Assembly: GCA_044344255.1 (NCBI GenBank)
Contig: JBIJDH010000006.1
Location: 224,001-288,000 of the forward strand
Direction of reading: 5' to 3'
DNA from: Myxococcota bacterium
GTDB taxonomy: Bacteria > Myxococcota_A > UBA796 > UBA2385
DNA: 64,000 nt
Part shown: positions 19,782 to 29,626 of the stretch, one piece after another
Position numbering within the stretch: position 1 is the stretch's first letter
How the letters are laid out: each line of letters starts with the position of its first letter
Notes under the pieces: generated by a model
The model's database searches: none
Told to the model about the DNA's origin: nothing
Seen by the model: only the letters and a program-made list of their open reading frames with translations
Position numbers and translations under genes: made by a program

Positions 19782-21525
19782 TCACAAGGGTGGGGAGCCG
19801 AGGGCCTGAAGGTGCGAGACGACATCGACGCCGCGGAGGTGGCCGCCGAGGTCCTGGGCTCCCCAAGCCTGGACATGGGCGACCAGGCAGATCAGGGAGC
19901 CGAGGACCGCGACGACGGCCTCTCTTCGAGACGCGCGGCGAAGGAGGCGCTGGAGGCGGCTGTTGAATCGCTCGACCGAGGTTCGCTCATTGTAGTGGTA
20001 AGTTGTAGTCGAGCTTCCACGCCTCTGAGTCACGGGGTGGGCTTCCGGTGAGGCGGAAGTCCTCGGTCGCGCGAGTGTGGGCCAGCGGTCCCATCACGGA
20101 GTCGGGCTCACAGAGCCTGTGCAGCGGGCAGTCGTCGAGGTGCACCTTGAACGTGTATCGGCCGTCGGTGTGCGTGGGCCGCTTACAAGGGCAGTTGAAG
20201 GTGGTTTGCTGGTACCTGGCGTCCCAGCCATGCAGGCGCATCTTCGCCCCACCCGGGCAGTTGGGGTAACCGTTGATGTCCAGATCGAGGGAGCTGGCGA
20301 CCGTGGCGATGTCTGTAGGGTTCGCCAAGGGAATCCGGGGCTGGATGTCGAGCTCATGAAGGAGCTCATAGACCGGGATGGCGTCATATCCCCTGTCCGC
20401 GGTGAGCTTCTCGAGCCGGAGGCCCCCTGTGTCGTTGTTCTTCTCCTTTTCATTACGGTGATACCCGACGAAGTCGCAGATGAGGTCAATTCCCATCAGG
20501 ACATCGGGGATGTGGGCGGGGCAGGTCTCCAACCACAGGGGCAGCTCGTGATGTTCCGAGCGAGCGACCAGGAGCTGACCTCGAAAGCCGAAGGTCCAGC
20601 TGTTGTCGCTGGCGGAGCGCCCCCAGCGCGCGGTGGGCTCTGCGTAGAGGAGAGGAATGGATTTGGAGGGAACCAGCACGCCATCTTCGCCCCGCGGCCG
20701 GGGAGGGGATCCCGGGGGTCTGCGACCATCACCGCTGGCCTGGGAGGCGATGAGGGTGCCGTCGATCGCCCCGAATGCGAGCTCGGTGATGAGCTCACGG
20801 CGGAGCGACGGCGCCACACCTGCACGGCTGAGGATGACGTTCAACCGCGGGGATGCGCGCGGCAGGGGGCTGGAGTTCAAGGAGAGGAGCTGTGCATCCA
20901 GGTGCGCTCGGGCCGCTCCGGTGCCCTCGCGGCTCTCGTCGCTCTCCTGGGCAAGGGTTCGGAGGAAGGATGCGCGACGATGTTGGCGCTCGGCACGCTT
21001 CCGTTCGAGGCCCGTGCGCATGCCGGCGTCACTCGGGGGGCTCGTTCCGGAAGCAGGCGCGGACCTGGCCGGAGGCTCGTGCGCGGGGTCGCCCTCCAGG
21101 GCGCCGGTTGCCTCCGACTGCGCGCGTCCCAGGACCTGCGACCGATCCGCCGCTCTCAGTCGGTAGATGAAGCTGTACAGGGTGGCCACTCCGGGTGGCG
21201 AGTGCCCTTCCGGGATCCCACAAGCTCTGCATAGAGCTGGGCTCTTCTGGAGTTCAAGGACCCATCGGTTGATCCCGTGGTGGCCGAGCGCTTCCATCGT
21301 CATGAGCACCTGGAGCTTGACCACCGGCTCCAGCATCGGCTTGCCACCATGATGGTCCTCTCGGTACAGCCCGGTGAGGAGCGGGCGCACCTGCTCCGGG
21401 TCGTAGGAGGGGAGACCGGCAAAGTAGGTGGGTGCCTGATCAAGGGCGGGGGCCCCCAAGCCCAGCAGGGAAGCCACAGAGGGCGCGTTTGCGGCGTGAG
21501 TCTCAGGGGGGTGTGGCTCCCACAT
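19782..21525 (-). pseudogene. Frameshifted DDE transposase (IS4/IS5/IS1182-like clan)
   Basis: AIDGT, ARWG..WTFGF, TADRGYD, CPGG motifs in 19987-21525; catalytic YNERTSVERFNSRL lies in another frame (19782-20033) after a 13-bp insertion at about 19990-20009; element ends not resolved. Confidence 0.85.
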
Positions 21526-21576
21526 GGAGCGAAGCGCTCACACCGCCTGCCAGGTGCCCCCTGCGGCGCTCCGGCG

Positions 21577-21685
21577 TCCCCCTCCGCCGCCGATGCGGCG
21601 GCACCTCCCCCATAGGATGGGGGAGGCTGAAGCCGCAGTTGTTCCTGCATCTGCCTCCCTCATCCGAAGGGGGAGGTGGCGCTCC
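21577..21685. repeat. REP-like palindromic doublet
   Basis: ccccctccgccgccgatgcggcggcacctcccccataggatgggggagg followed by cctccctcatccgaagggggagg; related in inverted orientation to 7940-8007. Confidence 0.7.
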
Positions 21686-21990
21686 CTGTCGGGCGCCCGG
21701 CGCGGGAGGGGGACCCCTGGAGGCGAACGATATGGCTCCGCTCAACGACAGATCCACACCCGGTCACGCCAGGCGTACGAGGGCCCCCCCGCGGTCAAAG
21801 AGCGCAAGGGCCTGCCCTCCGGCACCTGCCGCCAGTCCAGGGCGCAGGACCCACTCACGACGCCGGTCTGGCGCCCATGTCCTCATGCCTTTCTGGCCCC
21901 GTGCCGCTCAGAGGAGCGAAGCGCCCCCTCAACCGGAGCGGATGAACCCGGAGCCACACGCCCCAGACCGCTCTTCGACCCTGGCTCCGC

Positions 21991-23550
21991 TCAGGCGCCG
22001 CGGAGGTGCAGCACCCGGCCGTCTACCTCCAGCTCCTCCGCCCAGAGGCGCTCCTCCCAGCTCTTCCCGGCGCGCTGGTCGAAGATCCAGAGCCAGCCCT
22101 CTCGGAGGCCGTGGGTGTCGAGGTAGCCGGAGAGCTGCTGCACCCCGTCCTGCTTCACCTTCTCGAAGCGATAGCCGCCGTCAAAGACACGCTTCAGCTC
22201 GATGGCGTGGCGTTCGCCCCGATATTCGACGAGGAGGTCTATCCGGCCGCGACCGGCGGCGTACTCTCGGGTGATGGTGCCGCCGCCATTGACCACCTTC
22301 TGAAGGAAGGCCATGAGCGCGATGTGCGGGACGGCCTCGAGGTAGCCGCGGTCTGCGCTCCGCTCGACCATCTCGGCGTTCTCGCGCCACCAGGCGGTGA
22401 AGGCCAGGCTGAGGGCGGGCAGGTCGAGGCCGCCTGCTGCGGTCTTCCAGGGCCACCAGGGCAGGGGGAGGTTCTCCTGTTCGTTGAGGGTCAACTGGCG
22501 GGCGAGGACCTCGCGATAGAGCGGGTTCGCCATCTCGGCGCCATGGGCGCGTTGAATCACCAGACCGAGATCGAGGCAGTACTGGAAGCCGTCGGTGTCG
22601 GTTTCGATGTCTCCGTCACCGAGGAGGATTCGCTGGAGGACGGCGGCGACTCGCTCCTCTCGGAGTCGCTCGGCGAGCGAGTCAAGGTGGGTGGTGCGGG
22701 AGGGCATGAGGCGGTCCACGGCTCGGTCTACCTCGACCGCGGTGATGGGCAGGTCGCGGTCGGGGTCCCGCTCGGACACGCAGAGATGGGCGATGGCGTT
22801 GGTGAGGAAGGGCTGGCCATGCCCCCAGTGGAAGATCCGCTCGACGGCGCGGGGATGGAATTCCTGTCCGGTCTCTTCGGTGTGCTGCGACAGGAGCGCA
22901 GCGACCTCGGCCTCGTTGAAATTGCGCAGCGTGAGAGGCTCCGCTGTAATATTGAAGGGAGTGCGCGGGTAGACCCGGCCGCTGCGGCTGGCCTTCGTCT
23001 GAATGACGCGCGGGTCTCTCATGCCGATGAGGCCGACGGTGACGGGGAAGGCGCCCGGCCTGCGGCCGACGAAGCCGTCGCGGAGCTGACTGAGCAGGCT
23101 CACGAGGGCGGGGCCGCTCACCACGTCGGCCTCGTCGAGGAGGAGCACCACCGGGCGCGGCGTCGAAGCGGCCCAGGCCTGGAGGTACGCGAAGAGGCGT
23201 CCGCCGGGGCTCTGTGGGAGGAAGGGCTCCGCGGGCGGCGGCCGGTCACCTTCCGGGAGCACCTGGGCCCGGTGGGCGATGGACTCTATCCAGAGGGGCT
23301 CGGCGGAGCCGGTGTCCTCGACGCCCTGGCTCCGCTCCAGGCTGGCCCAGACCGCCGCGTAGCCGGCCGCGCGGAGGCGCTCGGCGAAGGCGCGCATCGC
23401 CGTGGTCTTGCCCGTCTGCCGCGGCGCGTGGACCACGAAGTACTGCTCGCGCTCGACATACGGGAGGAGCTCCGGCAGGCGGGCCTCGGCGGGGAGCATG
23501 TAGTGCCGCCTGGGGTCGCAGGGGCCGGTGGTGTTGAAGAAGCGGCGCAT
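21991..23550 (-). CDS. AAA-type ATPase fused to C-terminal PD-(D/E)XK nuclease-like domain, paralog 1
   Basis: FFNTTGPC, HAPRQTGKTT (Walker A), LLLDEAD (Walker B), ANPLYRE, REYAAGRGRIDLLVEY..AIELK. Confidence 0.88.
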   Translation of the reverse strand: MRRFFNTTGPCDPRRHYMLPAEARLPELLPYVEREQYFVVHAPRQTGKTTAMRAFAERLRAAGYAAVWASLERSQGVEDTGSAEPLWIESIAHRAQVLPEGDRPPPAEPFLPQSPGGRLFAYLQAWAASTPRPVVLLLDEADVVSGPALVSLLSQLRDGFVGRRPGAFPVTVGLIGMRDPRVIQTKASRSGRVYPRTPFNITAEPLTLRNFNEAEVAALLSQHTEETGQEFHPRAVERIFHWGHGQPFLTNAIAHLCVSERDPDRDLPITAVEVDRAVDRLMPSRTTHLDSLAERLREERVAAVLQRILLGDGDIETDTDGFQYCLDLGLVIQRAHGAEMANPLYREVLARQLTLNEQENLPLPWWPWKTAAGGLDLPALSLAFTAWWRENAEMVERSADRGYLEAVPHIALMAFLQKVVNGGGTITREYAAGRGRIDLLVEYRGERHAIELKRVFDGGYRFEKVKQDGVQQLSGYLDTHGLREGWLWIFDQRAGKSWEERLWAEELEVDGRVLHLRGA

Positions 23551-23572
23551 CGGCACGGGCTAACCCGGCCGC

Positions 23573-25141
23573 TCAGGCGCCGCGGAGGTGCAGCATCCGG
23601 CCGTCTACCTCGAGCTCCTCGGCCCAAAGGCGCTCCTCCCAGGTGCGGCCTTCGCGTTGGTCGAAGATCAGGAGCCAGCCGTGTCTCTCGCCGACGGTGT
23701 CGAGGTACCGACAGAGCTGCCGAACGCCGGCCTCTCGGACCCGCGCGGGCGCGTCGTGCGCGGGCCGCACCCGCTTGAGCTCGATGACGTGCCGCTCGCC
23801 GCAGTACTCGACGAGGAGGTCTATTGCCCCGCGGGCGCCGGCGAACTCGCGGGTGACCCGGCCGCCGCCGTTGACCACCTTCTGGAGGAAGGCCATGAAC
23901 GTGATGTGGGGGAGGGCCTCGAGGTAGCCTCGGTCTGCGCGGCGCTCCAGCATCTCGGCGTTCTCGCGCCACCAGGTGAGGAAGGCGGCGATGAGCACCG
24001 GCATGTCGAGGCCACCCTGCGCCGTCTTCCAGGGCCACCAGGCCTCGGGCAGGACGGCCAGCGTGGGCCCCAGCAGGGCCCGAATGAAGAGCTCTCGATA
24101 GAGGGGATTGGCGATCTCGGCCTTGTGGGCTCCGTGCTGCCCCAGCCCAATGCCGACGACCTGGTCAAAGTCTGCGCCAGAATAGTCGAGGGTCTGATCG
24201 CCGAGGAGGAGGGCCTGCAGAACCGGGGCGACCGCGGGCCGCCAGAGCCAATCGGTGACGGAGAGGCGGGCGCCGTCTTCGGCCTGAAGGATGTCTTCGA
24301 CGGCCCGGTCGATACAGGCGGCGGTGATCGAGAGGGTCCGGACCGGTGTGATCTTCTGGGTCACTCGGTCGGCGAGCAGGTCGGTGAGGGCCGCCTGACC
24401 CTGCCCCCAGTGGTAGACCCGTTCGGCGGCCTCTGGCGTGAAGGGCTGCCCTGTCTCCCGGTGGTGCTGGTCGAGGAGCTCCCTCACCTCTTTCGGCGTG
24501 AAGGGCCGAATGGACAAGGTGTCCGCCCGAATATTAAAGGCGTCGACCGCGCTGAAGGGCGCCCCCTGCCGATCGTGGGCCCTGTAGTGGGAGAGGTCAA
24601 GCTCCCCGATCAGGGCGAGGCACACGGGGAATCTCCCAGGTCCGCGGTCCATGAAGCCAGCGCGGAGCTGAGCCAGCAGGCTCAGGAGCGCGGGGCCACC
24701 GACCCCGTCCGCGTCGTCCAGGAAGAGCACCACCGCGCGCGGCGCGACGGCAGCGCTCCAGCGCATCAAGTAGGACCGGAGCCGGGTGCCGGCGGTGTGG
24801 CCGGTCCAAGGTGCAGCAGAGGGCGGTCGCAGGGGCTCATCGAGCTCCGCTCCGCCGTCGTGAATCGCGTTCAGCCAGAGCATCTCCGCGGAGGCGGTCT
24901 CGTCTATCCCTCGCGCCGCCGCCAAGGACACGCACAGGGCCACCGTGCCTGCGGCGCGGAGCTCCTCCGCGAAGGCGCGCATCGCCGTGGTCTTGCCGGT
25001 CTGTCGGGCGGCGTGAACCACGAAGTAGAGCTGCTGCTCGACGAAGGGGAGGAGGTCCGGCAGCCGGGCTCGCGGCGGCAGCATGTAGTGCCGGGCGGGG
25101 TCGCAGGGGCCGGTGGTGTTGAAGAAACGAGGCATGGGCAT
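23573..25141 (-). CDS. AAA-type ATPase fused to C-terminal PD-(D/E)XK nuclease-like domain, paralog 2
   Basis: FFNTTGPC, HAARQTGKTT, LFLDDAD, ANPLYRE, REFAGARGAIDLLVEY..VIELK. Confidence 0.88.
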   Translation of the reverse strand: MPMPRFFNTTGPCDPARHYMLPPRARLPDLLPFVEQQLYFVVHAARQTGKTTAMRAFAEELRAAGTVALCVSLAAARGIDETASAEMLWLNAIHDGGAELDEPLRPPSAAPWTGHTAGTRLRSYLMRWSAAVAPRAVVLFLDDADGVGGPALLSLLAQLRAGFMDRGPGRFPVCLALIGELDLSHYRAHDRQGAPFSAVDAFNIRADTLSIRPFTPKEVRELLDQHHRETGQPFTPEAAERVYHWGQGQAALTDLLADRVTQKITPVRTLSITAACIDRAVEDILQAEDGARLSVTDWLWRPAVAPVLQALLLGDQTLDYSGADFDQVVGIGLGQHGAHKAEIANPLYRELFIRALLGPTLAVLPEAWWPWKTAQGGLDMPVLIAAFLTWWRENAEMLERRADRGYLEALPHITFMAFLQKVVNGGGRVTREFAGARGAIDLLVEYCGERHVIELKRVRPAHDAPARVREAGVRQLCRYLDTVGERHGWLLIFDQREGRTWEERLWAEELEVDGRMLHLRGA

Positions 25142-25238
25142 TGCCTAACCAGCGGAGCTGACCCGAGGGCCGCGGGATCGTGCGCCGCGGTGGTGACAGC
25201 GCGGGCCGCCGCCGGTGTCTCGGTGGGAGAGGTGTTCG

Positions 25239-26018
25239 ATGTCCCCGTCCCGTTCCTGGTCGTGGCTCCCGGCCGCGCTGCTGCTGCTCTCGCTCCCCGC
25301 GCGTGCCACATGGTCGGTCGTCGCCGTCGATGAGGAGACCGAGGAGGTGGGCATCGCCGGCGCCACCTGCGGGCCGATGGTGTGGTTCATCGCCGGGCTC
25401 GTGCCGGGTGAGGGCGTGATCGCGGCCCAGTACGCCACCTCTCGCCACGAGCGAGAGACCGGGGAGGACCTGCTGCGCGAGGGGGAGCGCCCCGCCGCGG
25501 TCTTGAAGGCGCTGCGGGCCCAGGACGAGGACGCGGCGCTGCGCCAGTACGGCATCGTCGCCCTCGGGGAGGCGCCTGTCACCTTCACCGGGGGCGAGGT
25601 GGAGGGGCCGGCGCTCACGGTGGAGGGTGAGGGGTGGACCGCCCAGGGCAACACGCTCGCCTCGGAGGCGGTGGTGGAGGCCGCGGCGGCGGTGATGGAG
25701 GCCGGGGAGGGGAGCCTCGCCGACCGGCTGATGGAGGCGCTCGAGGCCGGGGCCGCCGAGGGGGGCGACGCGCGCTGTGCGCCCGAGGACGCCGCCAAGA
25801 GCGCCTTCCTCTACGTGGCCGAGCCCGGGGACCGCGCGCACGAGCCCACGGTGGAGGTGCGGGCGAGCGGGGCCGGGGCGGTCGAGGAGCTGGCGGGTGA
25901 CTACGCGGCCGGGAACATGTCGTGCAGCGCCGTGGGCGGAGTGAGGGCCGGCGGGCTGGGGCTCCTCTGGGCCGTCATGCTGGGCGGTCTGTCGCGGCGC
26001 CGGCCGCGTGGGCGATGA
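25239..26018 (+). CDS. DUF1028-like (Ntn-hydrolase fold) secreted protein with MYXO-CTERM-like tail
   Basis: Signal peptide ending ARA-TWSVVAVD..VGIAGATC; RQYGIV, AQGNTLA, GGDARC; tail SCSAVGG..hydrophobic..RRR. Confidence 0.82.
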   Translation: MSPSRSWSWLPAALLLLSLPARATWSVVAVDEETEEVGIAGATCGPMVWFIAGLVPGEGVIAAQYATSRHERETGEDLLREGERPAAVLKALRAQDEDAALRQYGIVALGEAPVTFTGGEVEGPALTVEGEGWTAQGNTLASEAVVEAAAAVMEAGEGSLADRLMEALEAGAAEGGDARCAPEDAAKSAFLYVAEPGDRAHEPTVEVRASGAGAVEELAGDYAAGNMSCSAVGGVRAGGLGLLWAVMLGGLSRRRPRGR

Positions 26019-26225
26019 CACGCGGGCACTGGGGATCGGCGGCCCATGGGTCGCCGGTGAGGTGGGCGGCGACGACGCGACAGGCGCCCCGACAGACCGC
26101 CCGATAGGGGCAGTCGCCACAGGGGAGGGGAGGGGCGGCGGCGCGGGCCCGCCAGGCGGTGAGGGTGGGGTCGGCCCGGCAGGGCGGCGGCGAAGGCGCT
26201 GGCGCCGGCGCTGGCCCGGCGGTGG

Positions 26226-27443
26226 TCACCAGCCCGACGTGTCGCAGTCCGGGTTGGAGTAGCTGGCCGCGCAGTCGGGGTGGCAGTCACTCTCCTCGAT
26301 GGGCTCCACGGTCCCGCTCACGCGGGTCGCGTAGACGTCCTCGATCTCGATCGGCACACAATAGGACTCCCCGTCCGAGGTGCAGGCCTGACAGGCCGCG
26401 CCGAAGGCCTCGAGGAAGCTGCAGAGGTCGCGCGGGTCGGAGGTGCCCAGCAGGCCCTCGAGGGCCGCGCCCGCGCTCCGGGCGTCCATCTCGCCCACGA
26501 TCTGGCTGAGGCCGAGCGTCTCGCCGTCGGCGGAGAAGACCCCGTAGAGCTGCAGGTCCTCGATCGGCAGGACGTCGCCGGTCCCCGAGTCGAAGCCGGG
26601 CACCGCCACCTCGACGCCCGGGGTGACGAAGGAGGGGGTGGTGGAGAAGTCGGCGGCGGGGAAGGGCTGCGAGGCGAAGCACATGTCCTGGCTGCCGGTG
26701 CTGTCGGCGTAGCCTCCCTCGAGGAGGAGCTCGGAGCTGGCCTCCCCCACGCCGAGGAGGAGCTCGCCGGACAGGAACTCGAACAGGAGGTCTCCCAGGC
26801 CGGCCGGCTCCTCCACCGAACCGGTGGAGAGGTCGAGGATGTAGGTGTAGCCGGTGGGATCGACCTCAAGGGGCAGGCCGAAGCTGCTCGGGGTGAAGAG
26901 CCAGGAGAAGGTGGCCTCCCCCTCGCACCACTCGACCGTGGCGGTGTGGGTGTCGCCGGAGGCGAGGTCGAGGTCGGGCGTGAACACCAGGGTGTCGCCG
27001 TCCCAGGCGCTCGTGCCGCTGATGCTGGCGCCGGACTCGTCGACGAGGCCGATCACGGCAGAGTCGTCGCGGACGTTGAAGGTGACCATGAGGGGGTCGG
27101 AGGGGGAGATCGCCGCGTCGCTGTACTCGGGGAAGGCCGAGATCACGGAGGAGCGGCAGTCGGTGGTGCCGTCGGTGCCGTCGGCGCCGTCCGTCCCCCC
27201 GTCTGTCCCGTCGGTGCCGTCTGTCCCGTCGGTGCCGTCTGTCCCGTCGGTGCCGTCCGTCCCGTCGGTGCCCCCGGAGTCACCGCCTCCGTCGGCGCCG
27301 CTGTCCCCGCTGGGCGTGCCGGAGTCGGCGCCGCCGACGCGGCCGTCGCGGTCCTCATCGACCTTGTCGGGGGCACAGGCGAGGAACATTGACATTGACA
27401 TTGACATTGAGAGGGCGAGAGCGGAGCGGTCGGGGCGGAGCAT
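26226..27443 (-). CDS. Acidic lipoprotein with (DGT)n linker and Ig-like (Big_5-like) domain, paralog A
   Basis: Lipobox FLAC; DGT repeats; TLVFTPDLDL..WLFT Ig-like strands; Cys-rich end DCHPDCAASYSNPDCDTSGW; ATG after GGAGG. Confidence 0.75.
   Translation of the reverse strand: MLRPDRSALALSMSMSMSMFLACAPDKVDEDRDGRVGGADSGTPSGDSGADGGGDSGGTDGTDGTDGTDGTDGTDGTDGTDGGTDGADGTDGTTDCRSSVISAFPEYSDAAISPSDPLMVTFNVRDDSAVIGLVDESGASISGTSAWDGDTLVFTPDLDLASGDTHTATVEWCEGEATFSWLFTPSSFGLPLEVDPTGYTYILDLSTGSVEEPAGLGDLLFEFLSGELLLGVGEASSELLLEGGYADSTGSQDMCFASQPFPAADFSTTPSFVTPGVEVAVPGFDSGTGDVLPIEDLQLYGVFSADGETLGLSQIVGEMDARSAGAALEGLLGTSDPRDLCSFLEAFGAACQACTSDGESYCVPIEIEDVYATRVSGTVEPIEESDCHPDCAASYSNPDCDTSGW
27387..27410. 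repeat. (CATTGA)4 hexanucleotide repeat inside the signal peptide (SMSMSMSM)
   Basis: cattgacattgacattgacattga read directly. Confidence 0.9.
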
Positions 27444-27483
27444 GGGTCCTCCAGGGCGCGCGGCGGGCGGCGGCGGGCCGCCC

Positions 27484-28677
27484 TCACCAGCCCGTGGTGT
27501 CGCAGTCGGGGTTGCTGAAGCTGGCGGGGCAGTCGGGGTGGCAGTCGTCGGCCAGCACTTCCTCGAGCGCGCCACCGGCGAAGGCGGCGCCGGTCACGCC
27601 CTCGATCTCGAAGTCGATGCAGTAGGCGGCGGCGTCGGAGCCACAGGCCACGCAGGGGATGCTGAAGAGGGCCGTAAAGTCGCAGATCTCGTCGGGATCG
27701 GAGGTGGCGACGAGGCCCTCGACCGCCGCGCCGGCGATGCGCATGTCGACCGAGAAGGTCATCTCGCCGTCGTGGAAGGCCTGCCCGTCGGCGTCGATCA
27801 CGCCGCCGAGCACGAACTCCTCGAGGGGGAGCGGCAGCTCGTCGGCGAAGGCGGTGCTGTCTCCCGGCAGGGTGACCGAGCGGGACGCGGTGAGGAAGCG
27901 CGGGTCGGTCGAGAAGTCGGCCTCGCCGAAGGCCTGGGTGGCCCGGCAGAGGTCTTGGGCGGCGAGGCCCGTGTCGGGCACCGCGCCCTGGAGCGTGAGC
28001 GTGTCGCCCGCGTCGGCGCTCACGCCGAGCAGCAGGGGCAGGTTGAAGGCGGTGGCGAGGGTCTCCCCGACGCCGGCGGGCGCGGTCCAGGTGGCGGTGG
28101 CGAGGTCGATCGCCCAGGCTTGACCGGTCAGGTCCACCGCGACCGGAGAGGAGGCGCTCCGCGTCGTGAAGCTCCAGGACTCGCCGCCCTCGGCGTTACA
28201 CCAGGAGACCGCCGCCGTGAGCTCGGTGACCTCGGCGAGCGGGGCGGCAGGCGAGAAGACGAGGGTGGCGCCCTCCCAGGCGAGGGCCCCCTCCACCTCG
28301 ACGCCGCGCTCGAAGAGCTTGAGGACCGCGGTCGTGTCCGCCTCGCTCAGCTCGGCGCGGACGGCGGAGTCGACGTCGACGTCGGTGGTGCCGTCGGCGG
28401 GGGTGGTGCTGAGGAGGGCCGTGGTGCAGCCGTCGGTGCCGTCGGTCCCATCGGTGCCGTCGGTCCCATCGGTCCCATCGGTGCCGTCGGTGCCGTCGGT
28501 GCCGTCGGTGCCGTCGGTCCCATCGGTGCCGTCGGTGCCGTCTGCGCCCTCATCCCCGCCGCCGTCGCCGCCCTTGTCGGAGCCCCCCGCGCAGCCGCCG
28601 AGCGACACGAGGGACACGAGAGACACGAGAGACAGGGCGAGGGTGCAGACCCGAGGGGAGGGGAGCCAGCTAGGCAT
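27484..28677 (-). CDS. Acidic lipoprotein with (DGT)n linker and Ig-like domain, paralog B
   Basis: Lipobox LGGC; long DGT run; TTPADGTTDV..LVFSPAAPL..WSFTT; end DCHPDCPASFSNPDCDTTGW. Confidence 0.78.
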   Translation of the reverse strand: MPSWLPSPRVCTLALSLVSLVSLVSLGGCAGGSDKGGDGGGDEGADGTDGTDGTDGTDGTDGTDGTDGTDGTDGTDGTDGTDGCTTALLSTTPADGTTDVDVDSAVRAELSEADTTAVLKLFERGVEVEGALAWEGATLVFSPAAPLAEVTELTAAVSWCNAEGGESWSFTTRSASSPVAVDLTGQAWAIDLATATWTAPAGVGETLATAFNLPLLLGVSADAGDTLTLQGAVPDTGLAAQDLCRATQAFGEADFSTDPRFLTASRSVTLPGDSTAFADELPLPLEEFVLGGVIDADGQAFHDGEMTFSVDMRIAGAAVEGLVATSDPDEICDFTALFSIPCVACGSDAAAYCIDFEIEGVTGAAFAGGALEEVLADDCHPDCPASFSNPDCDTTGW

Positions 28678-28713
28678 GGGGATCCGAGGCGAAGGGTGGG
28701 GTTTGGAGGGCGC

Positions 28714-29442
28714 TCAGGCGCGGGTGGGCTCCCAGCGGACCTGCCGGAGGAAGCTCGCGTTCAGGTACTCCCGCTCGATCACGGAGGCCATCTCCTCGAC
28801 GTCGCGGAACCGATCCCAGTCTACTCGGATCACGGGCACCGTCTTGGAGATCGTCGCGATGAAGCGCTCGTACTCGGCGTGCAGCGCGCGGAGGTACTCG
28901 ACCGTGATGCCGCTCTCGACGTCGCGGGCCCGCGAGCGGATGCGCTCGATCGAGCGCTCGGGCTTCACGTCGAGGTAGACGATGACGTTCGGCCGGCACA
29001 TGAAGTTGCTCATGTTGCGGAAGAGCGAGAGGTAGGTGCGGTAATCGCGCTCCTCCATCAGCTTGAGGTCGACCAGCATCTTGGCGAAGACGGCGTCCTC
29101 GTAGATGGTGCGGTCTTGCACGCCGCCGCCGCCTCGCCAGATGATCTCCTGGTGCTGCTGGAAGCGGCGGTTCAAGAGGTAGATCTGGGTGGCGAAGGCG
29201 TAGCGGGCGGTGTCCCGGTAGAAGTCGGCGAGGTACTCGTTGTCGGCCACGGGCTCGTAGTAGACCGGCAGCTCGAGGTGGCGGCCCAGCGCCGCCGCCA
29301 GCGTGCTCTTGCCGGCGCCGATGATGCCGGCGATGCCGATGAACAGCTCGCTCAGCCGCTCGGCGTGGGGGGCGGGGGCGGGGGCGGGCGCGGCGGGCGC
29401 GGCGGGTGCGGCAGGGACAGGCTCGGGCGGCTTCTCGGACAC
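28714..29442 (-). CDS. Deoxynucleoside kinase (dNK family)
   Basis: GIIGAGKST P-loop, YYEPV, QIYLLNRRF, QDRTIYED, RIRSRARDVE lid. Confidence 0.93.
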   Translation of the reverse strand: MSEKPPEPVPAAPAAPAAPAPAPAPHAERLSELFIGIAGIIGAGKSTLAAALGRHLELPVYYEPVADNEYLADFYRDTARYAFATQIYLLNRRFQQHQEIIWRGGGGVQDRTIYEDAVFAKMLVDLKLMEERDYRTYLSLFRNMSNFMCRPNVIVYLDVKPERSIERIRSRARDVESGITVEYLRALHAEYERFIATISKTVPVIRVDWDRFRDVEEMASVIEREYLNASFLRQVRWEPTRA

Positions 29443-29626
29443 GGCGGGGACCCTCCGACAGGGCCAACGGCCTATCTCGGCGCGGCTCCGGCAGCCCCGA
29501 CGACCGTCGGAGCCGGCTCCAGGGAGCGGCCGGAGTTCACGGATTCGTTGCCGCCCCCAGCCCTCGGTGGTGGTGGGGGGCGGCCCCCCGTGGTACCGCT
29601 CCGCTCGCCTCGCTCAGGAGAGACCC

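Noticed and set aside
11776..21525. CRISPR-associated transposon (CAST) interpretation
   Set aside because: No TnsA/B/C or TniQ motifs, cas3 is intact, the transposases are IS-type and one disrupts csx17
19540..21700. Terminal inverted repeats for the second transposase
   Set aside because: Candidate pairs (tcggatga/tcatccga; aggcgtgtctgagc/gctcacaccgcct) were too short or gapped to call
27150..28545. 9-bp (DGT) repeat tracts as CRISPR-like or non-coding arrays
   Set aside because: No spacers; in-frame low-complexity linkers of lipoproteins
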